Shown here one piece after another: positions 52,710 through 63,220 of a DNA stretch of 64,000 nt. The notes under the pieces were generated by a model. That model had not been told where the DNA came from. It did no database searches and saw only the letters and a program-made list of their open reading frames with translations. A program made the translations under genes and the position numbers. Numbering within the stretch: position 1 is the stretch's first letter; each line of letters opens with the position of its first letter. Source of the stretch: Candidatus Bathyarchaeota archaeon (GTDB taxonomy: Archaea; Thermoproteota; Bathyarchaeia; Bathyarchaeales; Bathycorpusculaceae); the NCBI GenBank assembly GCA_963811105.1, contig CAWEPZ010000011.1:128001-192000 (forward strand), given 5' to 3'.

Positions 52710-53252
52710 ATGGTTACGTTAATTGCGGCTGTTGGAATAAGTGGGTCAGGTAAAACAACCACACTTGAGTATTTAATTTCAAGCCTCACTAAGGAAGGCT
52801 ACAAAGTGGGAGTCATAAAACACATTCATCGAGAAGGCTTCACTATAGACAGAGAAGGCACGAACACGTGGAGATTTACCCAGGCTGGTTCAAAAATAAC
52901 CGTTGCTTTCTCACCTGAAGAAATAGCCGTAATAAAGAAAACTAAAACTTCAATGGATGAATTAGACAAAGTCATTAAACAGTTGGAGAACGAGCAACTT
53001 GACATCATCTTTATTGAAGGATTTCACGGCGCCATTTCAAAACGAACAGAAATCATCAAAATCATTACTGCAAAAAATCCTGAAGACCTAGAAAAGACTC
53101 TCAATGAGTCTGTTCCGCCTATAATTGCAGTCACAGGTTTAATCGCTAAAAACAAACCGCCCACAAGCAAAATTCCCTTCATCAATTTGCCTGACGAAGG
53201 ACCTCAACTACTAGAACTTGTCAAAAAATATTTAGCAGCAAACAAAAATTAA
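52710..53252 (+). CDS. mobB: Molybdopterin-guanine dinucleotide biosynthesis protein B
   Basis: GISGSGKTT, VGVIKH, IDREGTNT.RF..AG, IFIEGF. Confidence 0.92.
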   Translation: MVTLIAAVGISGSGKTTTLEYLISSLTKEGYKVGVIKHIHREGFTIDREGTNTWRFTQAGSKITVAFSPEEIAVIKKTKTSMDELDKVIKQLENEQLDIIFIEGFHGAISKRTEIIKIITAKNPEDLEKTLNESVPPIIAVTGLIAKNKPPTSKIPFINLPDEGPQLLELVKKYLAANKN

Positions 53253-53308
53253 GGTTCTTCAGGAAAATTAGATAAACAGCCACCATTTTTATTAGACGAG
53301 GTTGTTAA

Positions 53309-54352
53309 ATGGCTAAGCGAGCAGCAATCATCCTTGCTGGAGGAAAAGCTCAAAGGTTCCAGACCAATCAAGAAATCTGGCAAGATAAGGCTCTCGTGAA
53401 ACTAGATTGCAAACCTCTTCTGATTCACGTCGTTGAAAACGTCAAGCAAGTCGTTGATGAAGTAGTAATTGTAGTAAACGAGGAATACAGAAAATTACAG
53501 TACGAAGACGTTTTGTCAAGCCACAACATTAACAATGTAAAGATAATTATTGATGTTAAAATCCACCAACTCAGCGGACCTATTATAGCAATCTTAACGG
53601 GGCTAAAATATACCAACGCAGATTATTGTTTAACCATTCCAGCCGATATGCCTTTGCTCTGCAGCAAAGTTGCAGAATACATGTTTAACGAAATTAAGGA
53701 TTCTAATATTGTAGTCCCAATGTGGCCCAACGGGAGACTTGAAACACTCATAATGGTTCTAAAGCGAACCAGCACTCTACCAATTACAAATGTAATTACA
53801 CAATTGGGGCGAACCCGTCCCGATGACATAACAAGAGGCGCTTTAAGGACCCTATTTGTTTCTCCCTTAGGTCAAATCAAGAGTTTGGACCCAGAATTGA
53901 AAAGTTTTGTAAACATTAACTTCCCACAAGACCTAACAAATTTACAACCCCGGCCCACACCAGGCCCAGTTATCGAAGATCTTCGCTTAAACCTTGGAAA
54001 TCTCACTAGTGAGCAATTAGAACTTCTTCTAGAAGCAGCATTAAAGGCTGACATTGATTTTTCAGATTCAACCAAGTTATTTTCAGACTGCGCAGCTATT
54101 CTTGAGAATGAAGGCTTGGATTTTTGGGCTGCTTTGAGCCGAGAATTTGAAGCAAAGACTTTACTGAACTTGACTAAAGGTAATCGCACACCAGAATCAA
54201 CTGAAAAGGTGAGGGATGCTTTCTTAAAAGCTTCCCTAAACTACGCATTAGAAGCTGAAACATATGAGCAAAAGAGTTGTTTCTTTTTAGCTGAAAGGGC
54301 AGAAACTGACAAGTTATGGTGCGAATCACGGCAACGTGAAGCAATTAAATGA
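53309..54352 (+). CDS. mobA: Molybdenum cofactor guanylyltransferase with ~130-aa helical C-terminal extension
   Basis: ILAGGKAQRF, DKAL, GPIIAI, PADMP, SFVNINFPQDL. Confidence 0.85.
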   Translation: MAKRAAIILAGGKAQRFQTNQEIWQDKALVKLDCKPLLIHVVENVKQVVDEVVIVVNEEYRKLQYEDVLSSHNINNVKIIIDVKIHQLSGPIIAILTGLKYTNADYCLTIPADMPLLCSKVAEYMFNEIKDSNIVVPMWPNGRLETLIMVLKRTSTLPITNVITQLGRTRPDDITRGALRTLFVSPLGQIKSLDPELKSFVNINFPQDLTNLQPRPTPGPVIEDLRLNLGNLTSEQLELLLEAALKADIDFSDSTKLFSDCAAILENEGLDFWAALSREFEAKTLLNLTKGNRTPESTEKVRDAFLKASLNYALEAETYEQKSCFFLAERAETDKLWCESRQREAIK

Positions 54353-55142
54353 TTATTCTTTGTGGTACTGTGTAAACGTTGAGACGTTTTCCACGGACAA
54401 ACCCAGCCAAAGTTAAGTTTGAACCTTCAGCAGTCGTAATGCCAGATGAAAGGGCAGCCGAAAGAGAAGCAACAATAGGTAAACCTACATTAGCCGCCTT
54501 GAAAGCCACGTCGCCAGAAATGCGCCCGCTTAGAGCCAGAAAACACTCTGCAAAATCAACTTTTTCCAAAGCAGACATACCAATCACCTTGTCAACGGCG
54601 TTGTGCCTGCCTACATCTTCAGCCAACGCAATCAATGAGCCGTCGCTTTTGTAGATTGCCGCAACGTGAAGCCCTCCTGTCTTCCTAAAGCCCTCTGCTT
54701 TGAAGTTTAGTTGGTTAACGCTATCAAAGATAATTTTGGCGTTTACCGCTAGGTTTGAGTGAACATTAGGTATTTTGCCAATGTATTGGTATGGAGAGCC
54801 AGCACCGCACGCCGAGACGATCACGCGTGCATGCAGTCTAGATAGGCTGATTCGGTCTTGGACATTTACGTTTGGTTTAAGCTTAACATAACAAGTATTT
54901 TCCGCTTCTTTTAGCGTGACTTCCTCAATCTCATCTATTGATTTCAGTATCCCTTCAGAAAGCAAGTGCCCTATCGCCAACTCCTTAATGTTTGTTGGTG
55001 TGCATAGGATAGTTACCCATAAAGTCGTATTTACAAAAAGGTGCAGAGGAGTTTCTTCGGCGACAAAATCAGGTTTTTTTTCAGCTTTTCCTGTTGAAAG
55101 GTCAATTCTTGTGATATCAACTTGGCGCACCATATTGGTCAC
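54345..55142 (-). CDS. fdhD: Sulfur carrier protein FdhD
   Basis: EETPL, GHLLSEG, SACG, TGGLH, EDVGRHNAVDK, GFVRG. Confidence 0.93.
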   Translation of the reverse strand: MTNMVRQVDITRIDLSTGKAEKKPDFVAEETPLHLFVNTTLWVTILCTPTNIKELAIGHLLSEGILKSIDEIEEVTLKEAENTCYVKLKPNVNVQDRISLSRLHARVIVSACGAGSPYQYIGKIPNVHSNLAVNAKIIFDSVNQLNFKAEGFRKTGGLHVAAIYKSDGSLIALAEDVGRHNAVDKVIGMSALEKVDFAECFLALSGRISGDVAFKAANVGLPIVASLSAALSSGITTAEGSNLTLAGFVRGKRLNVYTVPQRIII

Positions 55143-55279
55143 TTGCTACCTTTCGTGTTTTGAACTCAGCGAACTTGATAAGTCATTCGGCTATTCAAAC
55201 CAATCAAGGAGATTTAGAGCTATTTGAAATTGAATAGCCTCTGTTTCTTCAGAGGCGAAAAGAAATTAATTTCAAAAAA

Positions 55280-56095
55280 TTATAGGTATTTTTCGTATGT
55301 CTTAAGTTGCGGATTGTTTGGTTTTGATACGAAGAGTTTTCCTGTGCCTTTCTCCGCGATATCACCGAGAAACACGTAGAATGGACCTGCTGCTGATTCA
55401 GTGTCGTCGATTTTGACTTTAGGCTTGACGGCATCAACGGTAAAGGTGGGCATCATTTCTTCTATTTTTCCTGAAACAACTATTTTTCCGCCAGTCATGT
55501 TCGTGCCGACTCTTGTGGTAGCATCTTTTTCAACATGGATGGTTCCGTCGCTCATGTGGAAACCTAAGAATTGGCCGACGCTGCTACCTTTTATCTTAAT
55601 TAAGCCGCCGCGTAAGTACGCACCTGAGTCACTTCCGACATTGCCATCTACTACTATTTTGCCGCCCTTCATGCCTTCGCTGTTTCCTCGGTAGGGAGAA
55701 GCTAAATAATCATTTGCGTTTCCGTGAATTTCAATTAAGCCTTTCTTCATGGCACTGCCTGCCCATTGACCAGCGTCGCCGTTTACTGTAATTTTGCCGC
55801 CTAACATTTTCTCGCCAAGGTGCATTCCCGCATTGCCGTTTATGACGATTTCACCGGTTTTCATACCCTGACCGATTCGTCTTACTTCGCCTACGTCACC
55901 ATTAATTGTTATGCTTGGAGAATCAGCGGCGTCTTCTTCTATTTTAAAGATGTCACCTAGCGTTTTCGGTCTGTTCCCTTCATATACAGGCAGCTGTGCG
56001 ATTTCAGCCGTGTCTTTTCCTTGAAATACATCGGGACTTATGCATTCAGCTTGAACTGGAAAAGTGAATTTCTTCAGCGGAGTTAAAGTTATCAT
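55280..56095 (-). CDS. fwdC: Formylmethanofuran dehydrogenase subunit C
   Basis: Gly-rich GXGXXMXXG beta-helix repeats; YRG..EGMKGG; GDIAE.G.G. Confidence 0.95.
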   Translation of the reverse strand: MITLTPLKKFTFPVQAECISPDVFQGKDTAEIAQLPVYEGNRPKTLGDIFKIEEDAADSPSITINGDVGEVRRIGQGMKTGEIVINGNAGMHLGEKMLGGKITVNGDAGQWAGSAMKKGLIEIHGNANDYLASPYRGNSEGMKGGKIVVDGNVGSDSGAYLRGGLIKIKGSSVGQFLGFHMSDGTIHVEKDATTRVGTNMTGGKIVVSGKIEEMMPTFTVDAVKPKVKIDDTESAAGPFYVFLGDIAEKGTGKLFVSKPNNPQLKTYEKYL

Positions 56096-56096
56096 T

Positions 56097-57791
56097 CTAA
56101 ACGCTCGCCTTCACAACTATTGGGTCTTTAACCTTAACATAGCGATCATACACTGGATAATTATCGTAATCAACTGTCCAGTACTGCTTGAATTTCAGCC
56201 TCATGTCATCATCAATTTTGCATGGCTCTTTTGTTTGCACATTAAGCCACATAGTTCTGCCGCTTGCCTTGCTTACCACTTCGCCGTCTTTAACAACAAC
56301 TAAGCCATCCTTAATAGTGTAAGCTGCGTGTTTGAACGCTCTTCGGGTGCTCTTGTATTTGCGAGCTATGTCAGTGGTTTCCGGATTAATTTTGTATATT
56401 GCTACGTCTGCGTCTGCGCCTACGCCGAGGTGTCCTTTGTTTTTGAGTCCTAAAGCTTTAGCTTGCCCTGCACGGGTCATTATTGCTAATTCATAAAGGC
56501 TTAATTCTCTCGTAATCGAGGGTAGCAGGCTCTTTTTCTGTGCTTTCTTGTGACAAAGATTCAATGTAGCCATGCGTGCGTTCTTGCTGCTGAGCCAAGC
56601 AAGGATTCTTGGATAAGCAAAGAATGGACCCCCATTGGGGTGATCTGTGGTCATGAACATTTTCCAAGGGTCATTAATCATCAATGCAAGTTCTAAGCCA
56701 ATTGACCACTGGGTTGCGTTTACTGCGTTGTTTTTCTTGTAATGGAATGGTATGATTCCTCCACTTGTCTCGGTTTCCACATCGCTGTTAACCCACTTAT
56801 GCCCACTTAACTGGTAGAGCGTGTACTCGAAAGGTCCATCAGCCGTCATGGTTGTTGTGTCGGTAAAGATTACTTGTCCCATGTCAAAAGTCATGTGATT
56901 ATGAGCGTTAATATAACTTGAGATTTCTTCAGCCGCAGATTTCATGTTTCCCCAGCCATCTCCCCCAAAACTGCTGAACTGCAGATGAGTAATATGACCA
57001 ACAGGTCTGCCCTCATAAGGCACGCTTTCCAAAGCCTTCATTGTTTCCAGTGTGGTCGAATAGTTGCCTGGCAACCCAAGATTATTTGTGTGGAGGTGAA
57101 TAGAATGAGGCAGGTTTAGCATTTTGTTAACTCTGGCTAAGCCACAAATGATTTCTCGGGGAGTAATGCAGAAGTTTGGCACTTGATCATCAATACTCTT
57201 AACGTTATGTCCGAACCCCCAAGATTCCAATCCGCCTGGGTTCACGATTTTTATAGCATAACCTTTAGTTGTATCCATCATCCAGGCGACGTGTCGTGCG
57301 CACCCTTCCAAATCACCTTTCTGCAAATATTCAAGGACAAACCACCAGTCGCCGATTAACGGGTAACTAGCTTTGTCCAGAAGTGGTACGTCGTTTAATT
57401 CTTCATGAGTATGTTTAGCTTCCAAAGGAGCCATAGACGGGTTCATGACTGTTGTATAACCCATTTTTGAGTAGCGGTAGCCAGTGATAAAAGTCGATGG
57501 AATCGAGTAGCCAGAGCCTGATCTAGTCCAAGATGTTTTGCTTACTGCATCTTTAACATGATCTTCAGGCCTAACCATTCGACCCATGTTAACTTCCCCC
57601 CCTGCAATGTGAGTGTGAATGTCCACGCCGCCTGGCATAATTGTCAAACCAGTAGCATCAATTGTTTTAGCCTTATGCCCACTCAATTTCGAAACTATTT
57701 TGCCATCTTTGACGGCAATATCCATTTTTTCGCCATTAATCCCGTTAATCGGATCAAAGACGAAGCCATTCTTAATCAGTAATTCAGTCAT
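56097..57791 (-). CDS. fwdA: Formylmethanofuran dehydrogenase subunit A
   Basis: GGVDIHTHIAG, RPEDH, KIVNPGG, HLHTNNLG, TTDHPNGGPF. Confidence 0.96.
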   Translation of the reverse strand: MTELLIKNGFVFDPINGINGEKMDIAVKDGKIVSKLSGHKAKTIDATGLTIMPGGVDIHTHIAGGEVNMGRMVRPEDHVKDAVSKTSWTRSGSGYSIPSTFITGYRYSKMGYTTVMNPSMAPLEAKHTHEELNDVPLLDKASYPLIGDWWFVLEYLQKGDLEGCARHVAWMMDTTKGYAIKIVNPGGLESWGFGHNVKSIDDQVPNFCITPREIICGLARVNKMLNLPHSIHLHTNNLGLPGNYSTTLETMKALESVPYEGRPVGHITHLQFSSFGGDGWGNMKSAAEEISSYINAHNHMTFDMGQVIFTDTTTMTADGPFEYTLYQLSGHKWVNSDVETETSGGIIPFHYKKNNAVNATQWSIGLELALMINDPWKMFMTTDHPNGGPFFAYPRILAWLSSKNARMATLNLCHKKAQKKSLLPSITRELSLYELAIMTRAGQAKALGLKNKGHLGVGADADVAIYKINPETTDIARKYKSTRRAFKHAAYTIKDGLVVVKDGEVVSKASGRTMWLNVQTKEPCKIDDDMRLKFKQYWTVDYDNYPVYDRYVKVKDPIVVKASV

Positions 57792-59281
57792 GCTTTAACC
57801 TCTTCTTCTTTCTTAGCAGCTTTACCTTTGATTACTTTGACTTCATGAAGAATTTTCTCCAGAATCTCTTCGTCTGAAAATATTCCCTTTGGTGGCTCAA
57901 CGACTTTTTTAAGTGGAAGTGGAACGGAATCCATTCGGTATGCTGTGCCTTCAGTTTCTATTCCGACAAAAGTAGTTGGAAACACTACGTCGCCGAGCAT
58001 GGCAGTGGCATTCATGTGCGGATCAATAACTATCAATGGATGCTTAACCATGTTTTCAACCGCGCGTTTTGGAAAGTTTGCGCCTGGATCAGCCGCAATA
58101 ACCAATGAGGCATCGTTTTCTCCTCGCAAAAGAACATCCATGCAAGTTGTCTCTCCAGGATTATATCTTGGGTAACCCGTTGAAAAGTCAACACCGTATG
58201 GGTAACCACTTTGCCACGCAGAAACTACGTTGGCGCCTGTAACGTTGAAGTGTCCTCTCATAGGCATGATTAAGAATTTGGTCCGGCTGTTCAAGTCGCG
58301 AACCAGCGATATGGCGACTTCTATGTTTCTGAATTTGCCAGCAGTCTGCGTTAAGCCCATGCCAAAGAAGATTACACCGAACTCGCAATTTATCAATGCG
58401 TCAGCTACTTCTTTGAGGTATTCAACTGGAACACCTGCAACCGTGTCGACATCAAGCTCTTCGTCACGAACCAATGCTCTTAGCGCCTGCATTAATTCAT
58501 AATCTTTGTTTGGCTCAACTTGAATAAAGTAATCAGCCATTTCAGCGGACATTGTTTTTCGGACATCAATCACTATTAGTTTACGTCCGCCCTTCTCCAA
58601 TGCTGGGGGAGCGCCGCCAACATGGCAGGCTTGAGGCTTTGGTTTTGAACCTCTTACAATACCTTCCCTGAGGACACTATTAATTTTCTTTTGGCCAGCT
58701 CCAGCTTTAAGTTTTTGCATGTATGATTTCCATTCACTCTTCTCAAATCGGCCTTCTGTAAAACTAGTATACCTTTCAAGGTGTCTCGGATGTGCACTCC
58801 AAGGGTCACAGCCCCAGTAAACTATAAGGTCTGCACGGTGCCTAATTTGCCCTAAAGTACATGTTGGAATCCCCACTTCTTGAACACCCAAAATAGAAGG
58901 ACCATGGCATACAACGGCTGTGTTGTCAATGATGCCCCCAACTTCTTCAGTTAATTCCATACCTACACGTTGAGCTTCCGAACTTGTCGAACTCCAACCA
59001 TAAAGAATCGGATAATTTGAATTAGCAAGAATATCCGCCGCTTTGTGTACAGCTTCATCCATTGATACTGGCACTAGTTTACCGTCTTTTCGGATAAGTG
59101 GCGTTTTTATTCGGTGTGAGCAGTTATAATTGAGAAACTTGGCTTCACAGATTGCACAACCATTTTTGACTTTGGTAACCTGGTTGTTTTCAACTGTTAA
59201 TTCAATATCGTCACATAAGCAACCACAAATTGGACAAGTTACAGATTGAACTATTGACAATTTCTTACCTCCCAAATTCAC
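57788..59281 (-). CDS. fwdB: Formylmethanofuran dehydrogenase subunit B (Cys form)
   Basis: CPICGCLCDD, VCHGPS, HPRH, MRGHFNV, GTAYRMD. Confidence 0.96.
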   Translation of the reverse strand: MNLGGKKLSIVQSVTCPICGCLCDDIELTVENNQVTKVKNGCAICEAKFLNYNCSHRIKTPLIRKDGKLVPVSMDEAVHKAADILANSNYPILYGWSSTSSEAQRVGMELTEEVGGIIDNTAVVCHGPSILGVQEVGIPTCTLGQIRHRADLIVYWGCDPWSAHPRHLERYTSFTEGRFEKSEWKSYMQKLKAGAGQKKINSVLREGIVRGSKPKPQACHVGGAPPALEKGGRKLIVIDVRKTMSAEMADYFIQVEPNKDYELMQALRALVRDEELDVDTVAGVPVEYLKEVADALINCEFGVIFFGMGLTQTAGKFRNIEVAISLVRDLNSRTKFLIMPMRGHFNVTGANVVSAWQSGYPYGVDFSTGYPRYNPGETTCMDVLLRGENDASLVIAADPGANFPKRAVENMVKHPLIVIDPHMNATAMLGDVVFPTTFVGIETEGTAYRMDSVPLPLKKVVEPPKGIFSDEEILEKILHEVKVIKGKAAKKEEEVKA

Positions 59282-59666
59282 TCATTAGAAGCTCTTCAAT
59301 GCTCAGGACCTGTTTAGTAGACGCTAATTCAACGGCAGCTGGAGTTCCCTTAAACGAAGGCATACCTATACTTGTGGTTTTGTCGCTGCATACAGCGTTG
59401 GCCCATGGTCCATAAGGAATGTAAATTAAGCCAGGTGTTGCAGCACGGGGATACCTTACGGCTTTGAGGACTACAGAGCCGTTAACGGTTGTTACCAAAA
59501 TGTTAGCGTTATTTTTGACACCTAATTTTTTCATGTCCCCTTCGTCCATGTAACACATGGAGCAAGCGTCAAAATACTCTTTTGAAGCTTTACCTTTCTC
59601 TTTGCCGACACCTTGCTCGATCGTACGACCTGAAAGCAAAGTTACCTTTAACTTTTGCTCTACCAT
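59265..59666 (-). CDS. fwdD: Formylmethanofuran dehydrogenase subunit D
   Basis: LSGRTIEQG, IPYGPWAN, GMPSFKG. Confidence 0.95.
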   Translation of the reverse strand: MVEQKLKVTLLSGRTIEQGVGKEKGKASKEYFDACSMCYMDEGDMKKLGVKNNANILVTTVNGSVVLKAVRYPRAATPGLIYIPYGPWANAVCSDKTTSIGMPSFKGTPAAVELASTKQVLSIEELLMSEFGR

Positions 59667-60258
59667 GATTCCGACCTTACAAATAGAGTTTAATCAGTTA
59701 TATTTAAGAGTGATTTTACGAAAGAGCCAAATTTTACCATCAAAACCCAATTGAAAAGAAAGAAAAAGGCACTCTCCGCATATAACCAAAGCCTGTTTCA
59801 AAATTCAACAAACCCAAGATTAAACAAAAACAAAGGGGAAATTACCCCATCTTTACAATTGTCTGAACGTAACGTGGAAACGCCTTCCACTACTTTTCGT
59901 GATGATTTACGATAAAATGCGATAATCTGCGATAATTCTGGACGCAGTCTCCAAACAAAAACAAACCATAAACCAAAAAAGCAATCCAAAACGCAAGGAA
60001 CAAAAACAGCATGACAAAAGAGCATACTGAAGGCTCGCTTCAAACATTCTTATACTTTTAGTCATTTTCAAACATTTCTAAACTCAAACCCGCAAACAAT
60101 TCAAGCTTAATTTAGAAAAAGCAAGCCAAAACACCAAGTTCGAACCCCCGCTGAAAACCCGTCAACAATGACTTTCACAAAATCATAATCAACCCAAAAA
60201 ACACAAAAACAACGAATCATCGAAAATTTAAAAAGCAAACGTTTACTCCTTTGTTGCT

Positions 60259-61329
60259 ATGAAGTTGTCTTTTAAAATTGGCTCTTTATGGGGTATCCCA
60301 ATTGAGCTTCACCTTACCTTTATTCTGTTAATTGTAGCGGTGTTTTTTCTCTTTTACCCAGAACTCTACTCTTTCATCCTAATTCTTTTCCTGTTTGTTT
60401 TCGTAGTCTTCCACGAGCTTGCACATTCGATAGTTGCTAGACGTTACGGCATAAAAGTGCGCAAAATCATTTTGTATCCAATCGGTGGAGTCTCAGAAAT
60501 AGAGGAAGTCCCAGAGAACCCTTCAATAGAGTGGCGAATGGCAGCCTCTGGTCCGCTTACAAGCATAATTTTAGGAGCAATTCTCTTCGCTGCCTACTAT
60601 TTTTTACCGGTAAAAATTCCGTCATTTCCAGTAGCAGCTTCTCTGCTTTATTCGGGAAACATCCTGCTCGACTTGGGATATCTAAACTTGGTGCTTGGCG
60701 CATTCAACCTGATCCCAGCGTTCCCAATGGACGGAGGCAGAGTCTTCAGAGCCCTACTGGCAGAACGCATGAAATTCACAGACGCCACTAAATACGCGAG
60801 CTACATTGGCAGAATTCTAGGAATCGCAATGGCAATATTCGGTATTATATTCCCATCATACTTCCTGCTGATTCTAGTGGGCGTTTTTGTTTACATAGGT
60901 GCCAGCGAAGAAGCAGAACAAACAATCATCTCAACAACCTTAGCCAGCGTCCGCGTAAAAGACGTAATGCAATCAGAAGTCGGCGCAGTCCGCCCTGACC
61001 AAACTATCGCTGAAGCGGTAGAAGTCATGTTCAAAGCACGCTATCACGACGCACTGGTAGAAAAAGACGGCGTCTTCCAAGGCATTGTAACATGGAGCGA
61101 AATAATCAAAGTTGCACCGGAACAGCGCACGTCATTGAGAGTTGAGCAGATGCCATTCAAGAACATTTCAACGTATCCTGATGAAGCGGTTCTTGAAGCA
61201 TATAAGCTTATGACAAAAGAAAAAATCGACCTGCTAGCAGTTTTAGATAAAGAAACGCCAACGAAAGTCGTGGGTGTCTTGACAAGTGAAGCCATAGCTA
61301 AAGCTTACGAACAAGCAAGAAACCAATAA
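60259..61329 (+). CDS. Site-2 protease (M50) with CBS domains
   Basis: FHELAH, FNLIPAFPMDGGR, two CBS domains. Confidence 0.95.
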   Translation: MKLSFKIGSLWGIPIELHLTFILLIVAVFFLFYPELYSFILILFLFVFVVFHELAHSIVARRYGIKVRKIILYPIGGVSEIEEVPENPSIEWRMAASGPLTSIILGAILFAAYYFLPVKIPSFPVAASLLYSGNILLDLGYLNLVLGAFNLIPAFPMDGGRVFRALLAERMKFTDATKYASYIGRILGIAMAIFGIIFPSYFLLILVGVFVYIGASEEAEQTIISTTLASVRVKDVMQSEVGAVRPDQTIAEAVEVMFKARYHDALVEKDGVFQGIVTWSEIIKVAPEQRTSLRVEQMPFKNISTYPDEAVLEAYKLMTKEKIDLLAVLDKETPTKVVGVLTSEAIAKAYEQARNQ

Positions 61330-61513
61330 AAAAAGTTTGCAAATTTCTCTAGACGCCAAGAGAACAGTGAGTATTACATTAAGAACTTGCCTTATGCATA
61401 GTTATTACATTTAGCCCTCTCAAACCGAAGCTGCCTTAATGGACTCAAAAATCTGTTCCAAAGCTTCAAATCCAAATGAACCACAAAAAAGAAAAGACAA
61501 GCTGCTTAAGCCA

Positions 61514-61723
61514 TCAGACCACAGCGGCGGTTAGAAAAACAACATTTTTCCTTGTCTTGGTCGAGGGAACTACTCTGCCACCGAATTTGGATTCCACTCT
61601 GCTTGCTTCCCGATGGCTATGGGGACACTGTACACCAATTGTCTTCTTGTCCTGCGAGATCCAGACCACACTTCCTAAACCTTCGCATTCAGGACACTTC
61701 CTAGACTCACCCAAATTAACCAT
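61514..61723 (-). CDS. Small zinc-finger-like protein
   Basis: CPEC...CPHSH; ggaga SD upstream. Confidence 0.65.
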   Translation of the reverse strand: MVNLGESRKCPECEGLGSVVWISQDKKTIGVQCPHSHREASRVESKFGGRVVPSTKTRKNVVFLTAAVV

Positions 61724-62434
61724 AAATTAAATCTCCAGTTTCCGCTACTTGCCAACTGCAAGTGTGTTCGCGGATATTTTCTTTCTGAACGGATGCTCCG
61801 CTTTTTCCTACCAAAGTTTTCTCCCTCTTGATGTGATACGTGAAAAGAATCAGTGACCCAACAGGGTAAACCTAGAGAACAAAAGATAACTCTTCAGATA
61901 CAATAGCAAGCCCCACACTTATAAACCAAAACAAAAGCAACCTTACCCAAAACGCAAAGCAAAAAAGAAAAACTGTGAGCAGAAAATTATGCATTTCGAC
62001 CAGCATACGAAAAAATGAACAAAAAAGATAACGAAACTTATGGCAACAACCATGAACATTTTATCCTCGGTTTAGCAAACGATCAAAACCAAAACCTAAA
62101 ATTACGATGACAAGTTGGCTTCTCACTTCTAACTGCCCTTCATTTCTTGCCTTCTAAATTTCCTTAAACTTCGAAGTACAAAAAAACGATTAAAAACCCC
62201 TTTATCCATAAAACCAAGTACAAGTTAAAACGGGAAGTATGTTCCCCCAAAAAGAAAACGTTTGGCTGGGTCAACATTGGCAGGACACGGAGGCTTCTTA
62301 ACCCAACTAGGCATCTAGATCCTTGCGCGTCTAAGCCAAAACGTGCTTTGACCCGCCAAACATACTTAACCCATTTTTTTCTTCTCGATAAAAGCTGACC
62401 CTTATTTGAAGAACAAAAGAACTCGTAATTTTGC

Positions 62435-62512
62435 TGGTGGGGCTGGCCGGATTTGAACCGGCGTCTATAGCGCCCGAGGCTACAAGCCTGGACCAAGCTA
62501 GCCGACAGCCCC
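62435..62512 (-). tRNA. tRNA-Pro(CGG), intronless, CCA encoded
   Basis: GGGGCTG...GTAGC CT-CGG-GC GCTAT...GCCGGTTCAAATCCGGC CAGCCCC ACCA forms a cloverleaf; TTTAAA box ~55 nt upstream. Confidence 0.96.
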
Positions 62513-62617
62513 ATCAAATTTGTTTTTCTATTTTTTTGGCAGCTTCATAAAATAATGTTGGCTAGCCTTTAAACTTTAGCGGTCAAAAAATATGGCTTCA
62601 AAAATGAAGGCGGTTTG

Positions 62618-63220
62618 TTAGCTGGCTACCGTAACTTCTATTGGCATGGTAGCCGTCACAGTACCTATTGATGGTTGTGCAACTCGTCTATGGTATAATC
62701 GGGCAACTATGCATAGAGCGGCAGCAGCTATTGCAAGGTAGAAGGGCAATTGAAAACCAGCTGAAACCAAAGCGCTTACGCTCAAGCCGGTAGGCATAAA
62801 CTGTGATGGCAATGCAATATTTGATGCGCCCACAACTGGAACGCTAAAACCGATTGCACCTGCTATAGCTACCATAACCAACAAGCCAACAAAGAAAGAT
62901 ATTAGAATATACAGCGGTTTTTTGTAGGAGAAACCAAGAAGCTCTTTCGAATAAGACCTTGTTGGGAAGATCGAGTAAAACAGCATTACTATGCCTGCAG
63001 CTGCGAAGGTGAGCACGCTCACAAGGTTCCAAGCCCAAAGCAAAGGTATTGTAAAATGAAGATCAAGAAGACCGAAATTAGTGTTCAAAGGCGAAGCATT
63101 AACTTGCAACAACTTGTCACCGATCGTTAACTGCCACCAGGGAACAAATAAGGAAACTGCAAGAACTATAAGCGTGATTATTCCAGCGGCAAGCCCGAAC
63201 CAGTTAATACGCCTCTCCAT
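62618..63220 (-). CDS. Membrane protein (~4 TM)
   Basis: Hydrophobic helices, FVPWWQL motif; stop/start overlap with the upstream gene. Confidence 0.8.
   Translation of the reverse strand: MERRINWFGLAAGIITLIVLAVSLFVPWWQLTIGDKLLQVNASPLNTNFGLLDLHFTIPLLWAWNLVSVLTFAAAGIVMLFYSIFPTRSYSKELLGFSYKKPLYILISFFVGLLVMVAIAGAIGFSVPVVGASNIALPSQFMPTGLSVSALVSAGFQLPFYLAIAAAALCIVARLYHRRVAQPSIGTVTATMPIEVTVAS

Noticed and set aside
57788-59281. Selenocysteine-containing FwuB
   Set aside because: The ligand motif is VCHGPS with a Cys codon and there is no in-frame TGA.
59750-60250. 81-aa minus-strand ORF in an A-rich spacer
   Set aside because: Low-complexity intergenic DNA with no protein-like features.
62164-62517. 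117-aa ORF
   Set aside because: It overlaps tRNA-Pro and AT-rich spacer; spurious.
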